Shown here in pieces: positions 55,655-63,796 of a stretch of DNA of 64,000 nt (within the stretch, counting starts at the first letter, position 1; every line of letters starts with the position of its first letter). The DNA comes from a virus. The stretch is from the IMG/VR virus record IMGVR_UViG_3300042820_000065, positions 4,934-68,933 of that record. One strand, given 5' to 3'. Under the pieces are notes generated by a model. It had not been told where the DNA came from. It saw only the letters and a list, made by a program, of their open reading frames with translations, and searched no databases. The translations under genes and the position numbers were made by a program.

Positions 55655-56313
55655 AGATCTCACCGCGTGGATGGGCTGTGATCGGCGAACTGCTCGGGAT
55701 CGGCCTGTCCATCGCGGCGAACGCGACGGAAGCCAGCCATCGTAAGCACGGCATGGGACCGGTCGCGGTGGCTGGCTTCATCCCGATCCTCCTGTTCGTC
55801 GCGCTCCGGATCCTCACCACGGCGAAGATCCAGGGCGGGCGACGGTGGTTCCTCTGGCCCGCGTTCGCTACTCTGGCTGCCGTTTTCGCGATCACGTCTT
55901 ACTTGGACCAGAAGGCCCTCTTGCTCGATTGGTCGTTCGATCACCTCTCGGCGCACATCCTGCCGCTGGGCATCGACGGGCTGATGGTGATCTCGGCCGT
56001 CGTGCTACTGCCCGAGGCAACCGCAGCCCTTCCGGTTGCCGCAGTCCTTGTGACTAATGATCCTCCGGTCCCGATGTTTCACGTGGAACCGGAGCCGGAT
56101 TACGTACGGCCCGTGGTGATGGCCTCGGAGGCGGCCCGGCCCCGGCGGGCGACCGCTCCGGTGACAACGGCGCCGTCGGCGACGAAGGAGGACTTCCTGC
56201 TCCGGGCAGGCACCGAAAACCCGATGACGATCGACGAGATCCACGAAAGAGACGGTGGGACAAGGCGTTCCGCTGAGAGCAAGGCGTACAGATGGAAGAA
56301 GGCGATGGGCTGA
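55651..56313 (+). CDS. DUF2637/SpdA-like multi-TM protein
   Basis: Four TMs, SI.AN, SY..Q..L and A..LPL.IDGL motifs; basic C-terminus. Confidence 0.65.
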   Translation: MKISPRGWAVIGELLGIGLSIAANATEASHRKHGMGPVAVAGFIPILLFVALRILTTAKIQGGRRWFLWPAFATLAAVFAITSYLDQKALLLDWSFDHLSAHILPLGIDGLMVISAVVLLPEATAALPVAAVLVTNDPPVPMFHVEPEPDYVRPVVMASEAARPRRATAPVTTAPSATKEDFLLRAGTENPMTIDEIHERDGGTRRSAESKAYRWKKAMG

Positions 56314-56488
56314 TGGAAGAGACGGCGGCCGGGATCGAGGCCCGGTATGCAGGACGACCGCAGGAAATGGCGGCCTATTTCGCCCAGGAGCGGAAGCGGA
56401 TCATCAGGCAGGCCCGGTGGTCGATCGCGGCAACGATCGCCATCACACTGCTCGCGACCGGTCTGCTCGTTCTGCTCGCCATCGGGGC

Positions 56489-56523
56489 TTGACGCGAGCC
56501 TACAGGTGGTGCATAATAGTCAC
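56489..56523 (+). promoter_or_regulatory. Conserved phage promoter
   Basis: TTGACG-N17-CATAAT-AGTCAC. Confidence 0.8.
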
Positions 56524-56669
56524 AACGGAATCGACCGGGAGACGCACTAGTCCTCGGCGAGACCAGGCCCCGGACCGACCAGACTACAGGGCGTGCGAGT
56601 CGCCTATGGGGCGCAACGTGCAGGACGCAGTCGTGTGCGGTGGTTTCGTTACTACGGAAGGAGAATCGC

Positions 56670-57101
56670 GTGGCACTCGATCCATTGGAAGTTCTCTCGC
56701 CAGAGGCCCAGGCCCGGTATGCTGCCATCGGCGCGGCGGCCCAGGCCCTGCGATCGGTCCGGATCATGCCAGGCGGCATCGGGCCGGGCAAGGCGGTCGG
56801 CGAGACGCAGGCGTGGGAGGTTACTTACGTGGCCGAGTTCATCCTGAACGGACCGGCCAGCGACGAGGAGCACCTCTCCGAATCGATCGAAGAACTGCGG
56901 GCTCAACTCGTCGCTGGAAACGAGCGGCGCGAGCACGACGCGGCCGACTGGAATCAGGACAACCCGAGGCCGAAGTGGCAGACGATCGGCAAGCGGGCCC
57001 CGAAGGTCGACGATCGGCCGACGCAGGCCATGGATGAGATTCCGGAGAGCGAGCGCTTGCCCCGGCCGGTTCGGCCCATCAAAGACAGCCCGCAGGCTTA
57101 G
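56670..57101 (+). CDS. Hypothetical protein
   Basis: AAGGAG RBS before GTG. Confidence 0.55.
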   Translation: MALDPLEVLSPEAQARYAAIGAAAQALRSVRIMPGGIGPGKAVGETQAWEVTYVAEFILNGPASDEEHLSESIEELRAQLVAGNERREHDAADWNQDNPRPKWQTIGKRAPKVDDRPTQAMDEIPESERLPRPVRPIKDSPQA

Positions 57102-57112
57102 GGAGCATTCGC

Positions 57113-57385
57113 ATGAGTGAGGAATTCGTCGAGTTGCGCGAAGAGGGTTACGCGATGATCGCGGGCGAGCGCTGCCCGGTCGTCGGTGTGCATCTCTGCA
57201 AGGGGACCGTGTCCCTCCGGGTCATTGTTCCGGCCGGATTCAAGGGCTGTAAGGATGGCGCGATCACGCTGTTCGGGCACGACGACAAGGGGATCGCTCA
57301 GATCCCCGAATCGATCGATCTACCGCCGGTCTCGGGTGAGGATTCGTTCGGCGTTCTGGAAGTGCCACTCGGAACGATCTCATGA
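57113..57385 (+). CDS. Hypothetical protein
   Basis: GGGAG RBS. Confidence 0.5.
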   Translation: MSEEFVELREEGYAMIAGERCPVVGVHLCKGTVSLRVIVPAGFKGCKDGAITLFGHDDKGIAQIPESIDLPPVSGEDSFGVLEVPLGTIS

Positions 57386-57693
57386 TCGTCACGTTCGGGC
57401 TGAGCCACAATGCGCAGGACGGAACGAACCTCGCGAATCGCTTCGTCGATCTGGGAACGTCCGGAGACGATCACTTTTCGCGGCTACGGGCCATCATGCT
57501 GTTCGGTCAGGAGTGGGCGTTCCTGTACGACACGGAAGCGGATGCCGGAGTGGGCATGTACGACTTGACCCAGTACGTCGTGCCGAAAGGCTGGCTGGCC
57601 CACTCGGTTCCGGCACATCGGGACGGCAAGCCATGCGATACGTGCATGCGACTCAGTCATGGCGTGAGGTTGCAAGGGAGCGGTATGAGGTGA
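57382..57693 (+). CDS. Hypothetical protein
   Basis: ATGA coupling. Confidence 0.5.
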   Translation: MIVTFGLSHNAQDGTNLANRFVDLGTSGDDHFSRLRAIMLFGQEWAFLYDTEADAGVGMYDLTQYVVPKGWLAHSVPAHRDGKPCDTCMRLSHGVRLQGSGMR

Positions 57694-57920
57694 CATGACT
57701 TCGGGATAGGAGTGAATCAGGGGGGCGACTGTAATCGATTCCCCTGATTCACTCTCCCGTTCTCCGAAGGCGCGTCAACCTCTCCGCCGGATTCCAAGGT
57801 CCGGAAGTACGGAATGGATGGTCAGAGAGATGGAGTGGCCTGCCGCGACCTGAAACCCTTGGCTCCCCAGGGGCATGACCTGACCAGCGCGTGATGCGGC
57901 GGGATGCATACCGTCAGCAC

Positions 57921-57963
57921 CGGCCCGGCCCTTGACTCACGAGGGGCCGGGCCGCTTCTGTTT
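57921..57963 (+). terminator. Intrinsic terminator
   Basis: cggcccggccc / ggccgggccg stem followed by cttctgttt. Confidence 0.7.
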
Positions 57964-57996
57964 GACATGGCCTTATGTTCGGTGCATAATGGTCAC
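57962..57996 (+). promoter_or_regulatory. Conserved phage promoter (leaderless)
   Basis: TTGACA-N17-CATAAT-GGTCAC-ATG. Confidence 0.85.
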
Positions 57997-58292
57997 ATGA
58001 TTGATGGACATTGGTGGGCGCAGGCATGGCCCGCGTTCGTGATGGCTGGGCTGGCCGTCCTGTGCTTTTGGCTCGGGCGTAGACTCAGCGAAAGGGTTGA
58101 TCCGAAATGACTATCGTCCTGATCTCGCTCATTCCGACCGCTCTGATGAGCAGTGCGTTGGCGTACATGCTGCTGCACATCCACAACGGACGCGTGAAGC
58201 ACAGGGAGCGGATGTTGAACCTACAGGCCGGTTCTGCTCTGAATCGGCACCTGCGAAATTCGAAAGCCACGAAAGATCGCGACGCGGCTTGA
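57997..58292 (+). CDS. Two coupled small membrane proteins (57997-58110 and 58107-58292)
   Basis: One TM each; leaderless start, then ATGA coupling. Confidence 0.5.
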
Positions 58293-58323
58293 CTTATTCC
58301 CCAGCCTAGTGCATGATAGTCAC
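58289..58323 (+). promoter_or_regulatory. Conserved phage promoter (leaderless)
   Basis: TTGACT-N17-CATGAT-AGTCAC-ATG. Confidence 0.8.
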
Positions 58324-58367
58324 ATGAACCGGATAATATTTCGGATCATTCCAGACCGACGAGGGAG

Positions 58368-58700
58368 ATGCGCATGCTGGCTGAAGTGACCGAGGCGATT
58401 GCCGAGGCGCACGGGTTCGACATTGCCATGGCGGTCGAGATCGGCGTCGTCCTGACGAACGCCCTGCTGTTTCTGGCCACCGTCATCACCGCGCTCTACA
58501 TGCGCAACGAGGCCCTGCGTCACCGGGTCGAGTCACAGGCGCAGCACGATCAACACGAGGAGCACATCGTGGACGGGATCGAGGCGCACGACGCGGCCGA
58601 ACTGGCGCGGATGGCGCGGATCATCGAGAAGGTGATCGATGACCAGAAGGCTTCCGGGCACGTCATTGACGACGGCGTGCCGAATCTGCGCTCGGCCTGA
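58368..58700 (+). CDS. Single-TM hypothetical protein
   Basis: GAGGGAG RBS. Confidence 0.55.
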   Translation: MRMLAEVTEAIAEAHGFDIAMAVEIGVVLTNALLFLATVITALYMRNEALRHRVESQAQHDQHEEHIVDGIEAHDAAELARMARIIEKVIDDQKASGHVIDDGVPNLRSA

Positions 58701-58712
58701 TCCGTTCCGTCA

Positions 58713-58753
58713 GTCCCGCTCGGCCTTCGGGCCCGGCGGGGCTTTCGGTTTTT
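58713..58753 (+). terminator. Intrinsic terminator with UUCG loop
   Basis: cccgctcggcc-ttcg-ggcccggcggg followed by ctttcggttttt. Confidence 0.8.
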
Positions 58754-58780
58754 AGGGCGCGGCGGCATCCGGATGATGGC

Positions 58781-58816
58781 TTGACAACTCTTCTACAGGT
58801 GGTGCATAATAGTCAC
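58781..58816 (+). promoter_or_regulatory. Conserved phage promoter (leaderless)
   Basis: TTGACA-N18-CATAAT-AGTCAC-ATG; 28 bp identical to 44429-44456. Confidence 0.85.
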
Positions 58817-58918
58817 ATGACGACGACACGGATCCCCATCCCCTGGTTCATCTTCTGGACCATCGGACTCGTCGGGTTCATCAAGATCCGTATTAACAAC
58901 CACTAGAAAGGGAACCTC

Positions 58919-59900
58919 ATGTCCAAGACGTATCGGGTCGCGAATCCGGAACGAATCCAGCGGGTGATGCACCTGCGTTCCTCGAACGCTGCCGTGCCGA
59001 TCCCGTCCCGCAAGTCGGCCACGCGCCGAGCCAACACGAAAAGCGCCGTACGAACGGCTCTACGGAAGGAATTCGCATGAGCGAGGCAACGGAATCTGTG
59101 GCCGTGACACTGATCAATGCAATGGACTCGGCCAGCGGGTTAGAGTCGCAGTTCCGGGTGGACGACGATCCGGACGACGACGTGCGCTCCGGAGGAACGA
59201 TTTTCGGAATGATCGACGACGAGACGGGCGAGCGGTTCGACGTCATCGTCTCGCGGTCGGACCGGTGAACGGCTCCGTGCCCGGCTCGGCGCTGGGAGCG
59301 AAAGAGGATGACGTCGTGGACTTGCTGACTCTGCGGCTGATGAACTACCGCAAGCGTTTCTATGCCGACGGGAGGGCGGAATTGCAGGATACGCGGGGAG
59401 TAGCGCGCGAGATCGTTCGGAATGTAGCGGCTGTCCTCGCGGAAGGGAAGGCTCATGACGGCGCTCGGTAAGAACCAGATGGGCATGTTGCTTCTGCTCG
59501 AACTTCACGGTGGATTCTGGCACGACGGGTGCGGCTGGGTGAATGTGAACCGGTCCAACACGGAACGGCTACTCGCTACGCTCGAATCGCGCGGCCGGGT
59601 CACGTCGGAGCCGTATTACGGTTCGTTTCGGGTGTACCGCAAGATCGAGGACCTTCCGTTCGATGTCTGGAACGCATGATGGCGAGGGTCCGACAGGACG
59701 TGTGGATTTGCGACGCGCCGGAATGTGATTATGAGGAACTGGCGACCGATGAGCCGCCATCGGGTTACTCAGGTGTGGTTTCGGAGCGCGCCGGGACTGG
59801 TGTGCTGAAAGAGCCCTGGTATGCATGCTGCCGGGATCACATCACGCCCGCGATCGTGGCCGTGAGCAAGGCGGCTTACGATCGCGGGTGGATGGCTTGA
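58919..59900 (+). CDS. Run of coupled small ORFs (58919-59080, 59077-59268, 59265-59471, 59455-59679, 59676-59900)
   Basis: Overlapping start/stop codons; 53-74 aa each; the first is basic (RSSNAAVP..RK). Confidence 0.5.
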
Positions 59901-59931
59901 CACCCGGCTCCATCTAGTGCATGATGGTCAC
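59897..59931 (+). promoter_or_regulatory. Conserved phage promoter
   Basis: TTGACA-N17-CATGAT-GGTCAC. Confidence 0.85.
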
Positions 59932-59959
59932 ACGAGCAGACGAGATCACTGGGAGCGTC

Positions 59960-60460
59960 ATGAACAAGAAGGACCTGAAGGTCGGCGAGGTTTACGCCTA
60001 CTCCAGCAAGCGAAGGGACAACCCGTGCGGTCGCCTGACTCCGGTTCGGCTCATCGGGATTGACGAAGAAATCGTGGTCAGGAGGTGGCTGGACGGGTCG
60101 GTTAATAAGGCGAAAGGAATCGCCGTCGAGCAGGTCGATCCGGAGACGTTCGAGCCGCTGGAAACGCGACGACCGTTCCTGATCGATGGTCCGGCTCGCC
60201 TCTGGCGGACCTGGGCCGAGCAGGTCTCTCATGGCGCGGCGGAGAAGGAGGCGCGCCTGAAGAAGATGGAGGAACAGGCCGCTCGTCGTGCGGCCGACGA
60301 GGCTGTCAATGCAGGGCTCTGGGCCGATATCGAGTATATGATCGGTCGGGAGAAGGTCGAGGAATTCGAGGAGTCCTATCGGGACGAGCCGAACGTAACG
60401 CTCCGGATCTCGGCTGCTCGGTTGCTGGAACTATTGAGGGTCGCAAGGGGGCGTGCCTGA
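59960..60460 (+). CDS. Hypothetical protein
   Basis: GGGAG RBS; MNKKDLKVGEVYAY SH3-like start. Confidence 0.6.
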   Translation: MNKKDLKVGEVYAYSSKRRDNPCGRLTPVRLIGIDEEIVVRRWLDGSVNKAKGIAVEQVDPETFEPLETRRPFLIDGPARLWRTWAEQVSHGAAEKEARLKKMEEQAARRAADEAVNAGLWADIEYMIGREKVEEFEESYRDEPNVTLRISAARLLELLRVARGRA

Positions 60461-60687
60461 TGAATGTGACGATCGCATGGAGCGACTGGCGTATCCGAAC
60501 GTCGGCGACGCAATGATGCTGGACGTTAGGGATGTGCTCTGGCTGCTGAAGGCTGCCGACGTGGTTGATCCTGCCATCGAAAACGGCTCCGGACGACTGC
60601 ACTGCATGCGATCGTCTCGGATCGGCTCCCGATCGAAGGATGGCTGGGAATCAGGCCAAGACGTACGCGGGCGTGCGGGAATGGCTC

Positions 60688-60722
60688 TTGACACCGGACG
60701 ACTGATAGTGCATGATGGTCAC
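60688..60722 (+). promoter_or_regulatory. Conserved phage promoter (leaderless)
   Basis: TTGACA-N17-CATGAT-GGTCAC-ATG. Confidence 0.85.
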
Positions 60723-61019
60723 ATGCCGAAGGAAACCTGCGACACGCACAACATGACGACAACGGAGATCAGCAAGACGGTAGCGATGGAACTGGTGGAC
60801 CGGACGGCCCGGATGAACAGAACGGGCCGTCTGGGCACCCCCTGCGGCTCGATCAACGGCTACTCGCTCGCGGAGGCGCTCTCGACGATCGAACGCGGGA
60901 CGGCCTTTCATACCGGGACGTGGGGAGCATTCCCCGTGCTCTACGTCGACACACCGCACGGTGAACACGTCTGGTACCTCAATCTCCGTGTCGCGCCGAT
61001 CAACCCCTGGGAGTCCTGA
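60723..61019 (+). CDS. Hypothetical protein
   Basis: Leaderless ATG, in frame with the longer ORF from 60453. Confidence 0.55.
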   Translation: MPKETCDTHNMTTTEISKTVAMELVDRTARMNRTGRLGTPCGSINGYSLAEALSTIERGTAFHTGTWGAFPVLYVDTPHGEHVWYLNLRVAPINPWES

Positions 61020-61165
61020 TGCCCGACACACTCCTACTGGCAATGGCGCTAGCACCGCTGGGAACCCTCTTCTTTTCTACCGGTCGGCACTACATGGAAA
61101 TCGGGACGCTCGCCCCGGGCGAGTCCAAGACGATCCCCTGGCCACCAGCCGACTGAACGGTACAG

Positions 61166-61202
61166 ACGAACCCCCCGGATGCTTCGGCACCGGGGGGTTC
61201 GT
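61166..61202. terminator. Bidirectional terminator between convergent blocks
   Basis: acgaaccccccgg-a-tgc-ttcg-gca-ccggggggttcgt. Confidence 0.8.
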
Positions 61203-61262
61203 TATGTCTAGCGCTTCTCGCAGGCGAGGACGATGCTCGGAAGGATTCTCGTGTCGGCCAGG

Positions 61263-61622
61263 CTACCTGGTCGGATGCTTCGGCCGCTTCTGGTTGCAGG
61301 AGCGATGGACGATCCGATCCCCCTGGCTGGCCGAGTTCTGCCAGAGCGGGATCGTGTGGTCGAGATCGAGATCGTCGGCCTGTTCCATGACCTCGTTGCA
61401 AAGGGGGCACGACTTGCCGTAGGCGCGCGGGAGCAGCCGCTTGCGCATCCGATCGTGCTTCTGGTCATAACCCCGCTGCTGGCGGGTACCCCTGCGGGCC
61501 TCAAACTCGGCCAGGTGAGGGGGGCAGCGGCTCTGCCCGGCCGGAACGACGATGGGGCAGAGCCGGTCATTTCCGTCATCGGTACGGATGAGTTCGACGC
61601 ACGTCCGCTTAGCCCTGGCCAT
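61263..61622 (-). CDS. HNH endonuclease (terminase-associated gp74-like pattern)
   Basis: C..H....RGT..QRGYD..H...R...CPLC...LDHT...H.SCN. Confidence 0.8.
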   Translation of the reverse strand: MARAKRTCVELIRTDDGNDRLCPIVVPAGQSRCPPHLAEFEARRGTRQQRGYDQKHDRMRKRLLPRAYGKSCPLCNEVMEQADDLDLDHTIPLWQNSASQGDRIVHRSCNQKRPKHPTR

Positions 61623-61772
61623 CGTATTCCTCCCATTCGGTCAGGAGAGATCGGAGCAGACCGCTCAGGGCGACCTGAGTTGAATCGTGATCGTTGGTCG
61701 TAATGATCGAGCCGATCAGGAGCGGTTCCTCGTCTCCGATGCCGATGTAGATCGGGATCTCTCGCGCGTCCA

Positions 61773-62345
61773 TCACGCGTCCCCTTTCAGCCGTGCCGCG
61801 AATGTAGTTGCGCTCAGGTTCGTGATGCCGGAGCCTCTGACGTAGTCGCAGCCGTTCTCGAATGAACCGTCGACCCAGTGGCCCATGAGCACTCGCGAAA
61901 TGCCGTCAGCGTCCCGCTGGTAGCCTCTGACGAGCACTGAATCGACGGCCTCGGGCGGCTTGTGACCGGCCTGGATACGAACCCGCTGATCATCCATGTT
62001 CGGCTCATTCTCCTGCCAGATAATGGCCCGTTTCTGCGTCCCGTCCGCATTGACCGGGTAGCCACGTGCGTACGTCACGATCAGGGTCAGGTCTGGATTT
62101 CCGATGATGGACTTAGCAGCCGAATTAGCACCGGATGGCATCTTGCAGGCCGTCAGGGTCGGCCAGGCAAGGCCTCTCACGCGACCCGTCCTGGTGTAGG
62201 CGATTTCGGGCTCGACCTTGACGGCGCGAACGATCGGAGGCAAGACAACGGGCGGGGCGTACGGCTCGTGCTCGGCCGCCCATCGCCTTGCCTCTCGTGG
62301 CTCCGCGCCGAAAGGCAGCGGAGGAATCACTTCGTAACCGGTCAC
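61773..62345 (-). CDS. Hypothetical protein
   Basis: Coupled to the HTH gene. Confidence 0.55.
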   Translation of the reverse strand: MTGYEVIPPLPFGAEPREARRWAAEHEPYAPPVVLPPIVRAVKVEPEIAYTRTGRVRGLAWPTLTACKMPSGANSAAKSIIGNPDLTLIVTYARGYPVNADGTQKRAIIWQENEPNMDDQRVRIQAGHKPPEAVDSVLVRGYQRDADGISRVLMGHWVDGSFENGCDYVRGSGITNLSATTFAARLKGDA

Positions 62346-62647
62346 GCCGGGGCCCGGTCGAGATCTCCGGGCTTACTGGCTCCGGCCCGGCCGATGCCCG
62401 CATTCCACCAGTCGAGGATTTCGACCCATGAATAGATGCCTCCCATGGACACCTGCGTGATCGGGGTCGGGAATCCATTCTTCTGCGTGTCCCGCCGGTT
62501 GATCCAGGTCGAGATGTTGGACCGGGTGATTTCCTTGCCCGCGTGCTTACTGAGCCGGTCCGCGATCTCGGCCACGCCGATCAGGTCCATCGCGGTCACG
62601 TCGTCGATCTCGGCCACTTCCGTGATGTCGTTACTGTATGTGCTCAT
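62342..62647 (-). CDS. AlpA/excisionase-like HTH DNA-binding protein
   Basis: LIGVAEIADRL..TRSNISTWINR..FP.P..IYSW.EI..W; GGAGG RBS. Confidence 0.75.
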   Translation of the reverse strand: MSTYSNDITEVAEIDDVTAMDLIGVAEIADRLSKHAGKEITRSNISTWINRRDTQKNGFPTPITQVSMGGIYSWVEILDWWNAGIGRAGASKPGDLDRAPA

Positions 62648-62683
62648 GTGGTGCCTCCATGTGGGCAGGGATCTCCTGGCTCC

Positions 62684-62718
62684 GTGACCATCATGCACGT
62701 ATTGGTGACCATTGTCAA
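62684..62718 (-). promoter_or_regulatory. Conserved phage promoter for the HTH gene
   Basis: TTGACA-N17-CATGAT-GGTCAC. Confidence 0.85.
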
Positions 62719-62735
62719 CGCGGAGCGGGTGTATC

Positions 62736-63347
62736 TCAGGCCATTGGGTTACTGAGCGTAGTCATGATGTGGGCCGGAAGCGGGTCCACCGTGATCACTC
62801 TGGGTTGATATACGCGCTGGATCGCCGCGTGAGTGAGTGCCCCGGACGGACTGTCCGGATGCGTCTCCGAGTACCACTCACCCGCGTGGATTACGCGCCC
62901 CTGCGAGCGCCGGAACCGGGCACCGCGTACGCGGCCCGCAGCCGTCACGCGGTGAGTGTGGATCACGCACACGCACTCGGCCGTGCGTGAGTGAGTGTCG
63001 GTGAGTGTGCGTGAGTGAGTGTCGGTGAGTGAGTGAGTGTCGGTGAGTGAGTGAGTGTCGGCGTGTGAGTGAGTGTCGGTGAGTGAGTGAGTGTCGGCGT
63101 GTGAGTGAGTGTCGGTGAGTGCGTGGTCGTCGGTGAGGACCCAGAAGGCGCTCAGACCCTTCACGCGCGGGGCTCTGGCCCACACCTGGCCGGTCCGGGT
63201 CCACTCGGTCCCGTCAGGCTCGATCTGGGTCCACGAAACGGTCTGCGGATCGCCTCCCGTGGTCACTTTCTGGGCGTGCGAGAGAACATAGGGCTCGGCC
63301 GTCCGGATCCGAGAGGGCCAGTTCGGGTCTCGATGCCTTGAAACCAT
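62736..63347 (-). CDS. Hypothetical protein with His/Thr/Asp hexapeptide repeats
   Basis: AGGAG RBS 6 nt before the ATG; HSLTDT/HSHADT repeats. Confidence 0.55.
   Translation of the reverse strand: MVSRHRDPNWPSRIRTAEPYVLSHAQKVTTGGDPQTVSWTQIEPDGTEWTRTGQVWARAPRVKGLSAFWVLTDDHALTDTHSHADTHSLTDTHSHADTHSLTDTHSLTDTHSRTLTDTHSRTAECVCVIHTHRVTAAGRVRGARFRRSQGRVIHAGEWYSETHPDSPSGALTHAAIQRVYQPRVITVDPLPAHIMTTLSNPMA
62983..63132 (+). repeat. G/T-rich 18-bp tandem repeat, 7 units plus 1 degenerate
   Basis: Units end GAGTGAGTGTCG and are built from (GTGA)n. Confidence 0.92.
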
Positions 63348-63602
63348 GATCAACTCCTGTTTTATGCGGTCGAGTTGTAAAGATGTGGCGATCCTAGCGC
63401 AGGGGCCGAAAGGACCGCTAGAGGCGAAGATGATCTTCAGGCTCCTCGGCCAGGCTCTGACCTGCGTGTTCAGAGTGTGTACGCGTTGTACTGGATGCTC
63501 AGGAACTTTATAAATCCGGACATAATGACTCTACTACTCGTAGGGTCTGACCTGGGTATCATGCGGTTTACCCCCAACGATTCACATAATGGGGCATAAG
63601 GG

Positions 63603-63721
63603 GGCAGTTCCAAGATCATGTGCGCGTTGTTCCCGCTTCTTCCCTACTTTCGTAATGTTGCTTGCACGAAGAGATAGTTCGGGTTCATCGGAAACATCGC
63701 GTACACGATCTTGGAACTGCC
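63603..63721. repeat. Inverted-repeat element B (homologue of element A)
   Basis: 33-bp arms (63603-35 / 63689-721, 4 mismatches) around a 53-bp AT-richer core. Confidence 0.88.
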
Positions 63722-63778
63722 GTCGGGGGGCCCAATCCTGGCCGATGTCTGGGGTGTTTTCGGGACCGGTTGACGGCG

Positions 63779-63795
63779 TAGTGCATAATGGTCAC
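63779..63795 (+). promoter_or_regulatory. Conserved box without a correctly spaced -35
   Basis: TAGTGCATAATGGTCAC-c-ATG; TTGACG lies only 8 nt upstream of CATAAT. Confidence 0.65.
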
Positions 63796-63796
63796 C

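Noticed and set aside
57724-57740. CTGTAA loop as a tRNA-Tyr anticodon arm
   Set aside because: No D arm, T arm or acceptor stem around it; kept only as part of the ncRNA candidate.
62342-62647. Excisionase implying an integrase system
   Set aside because: AlpA-like HTHs are often plain regulators, and no recombinase motif was found in the window.
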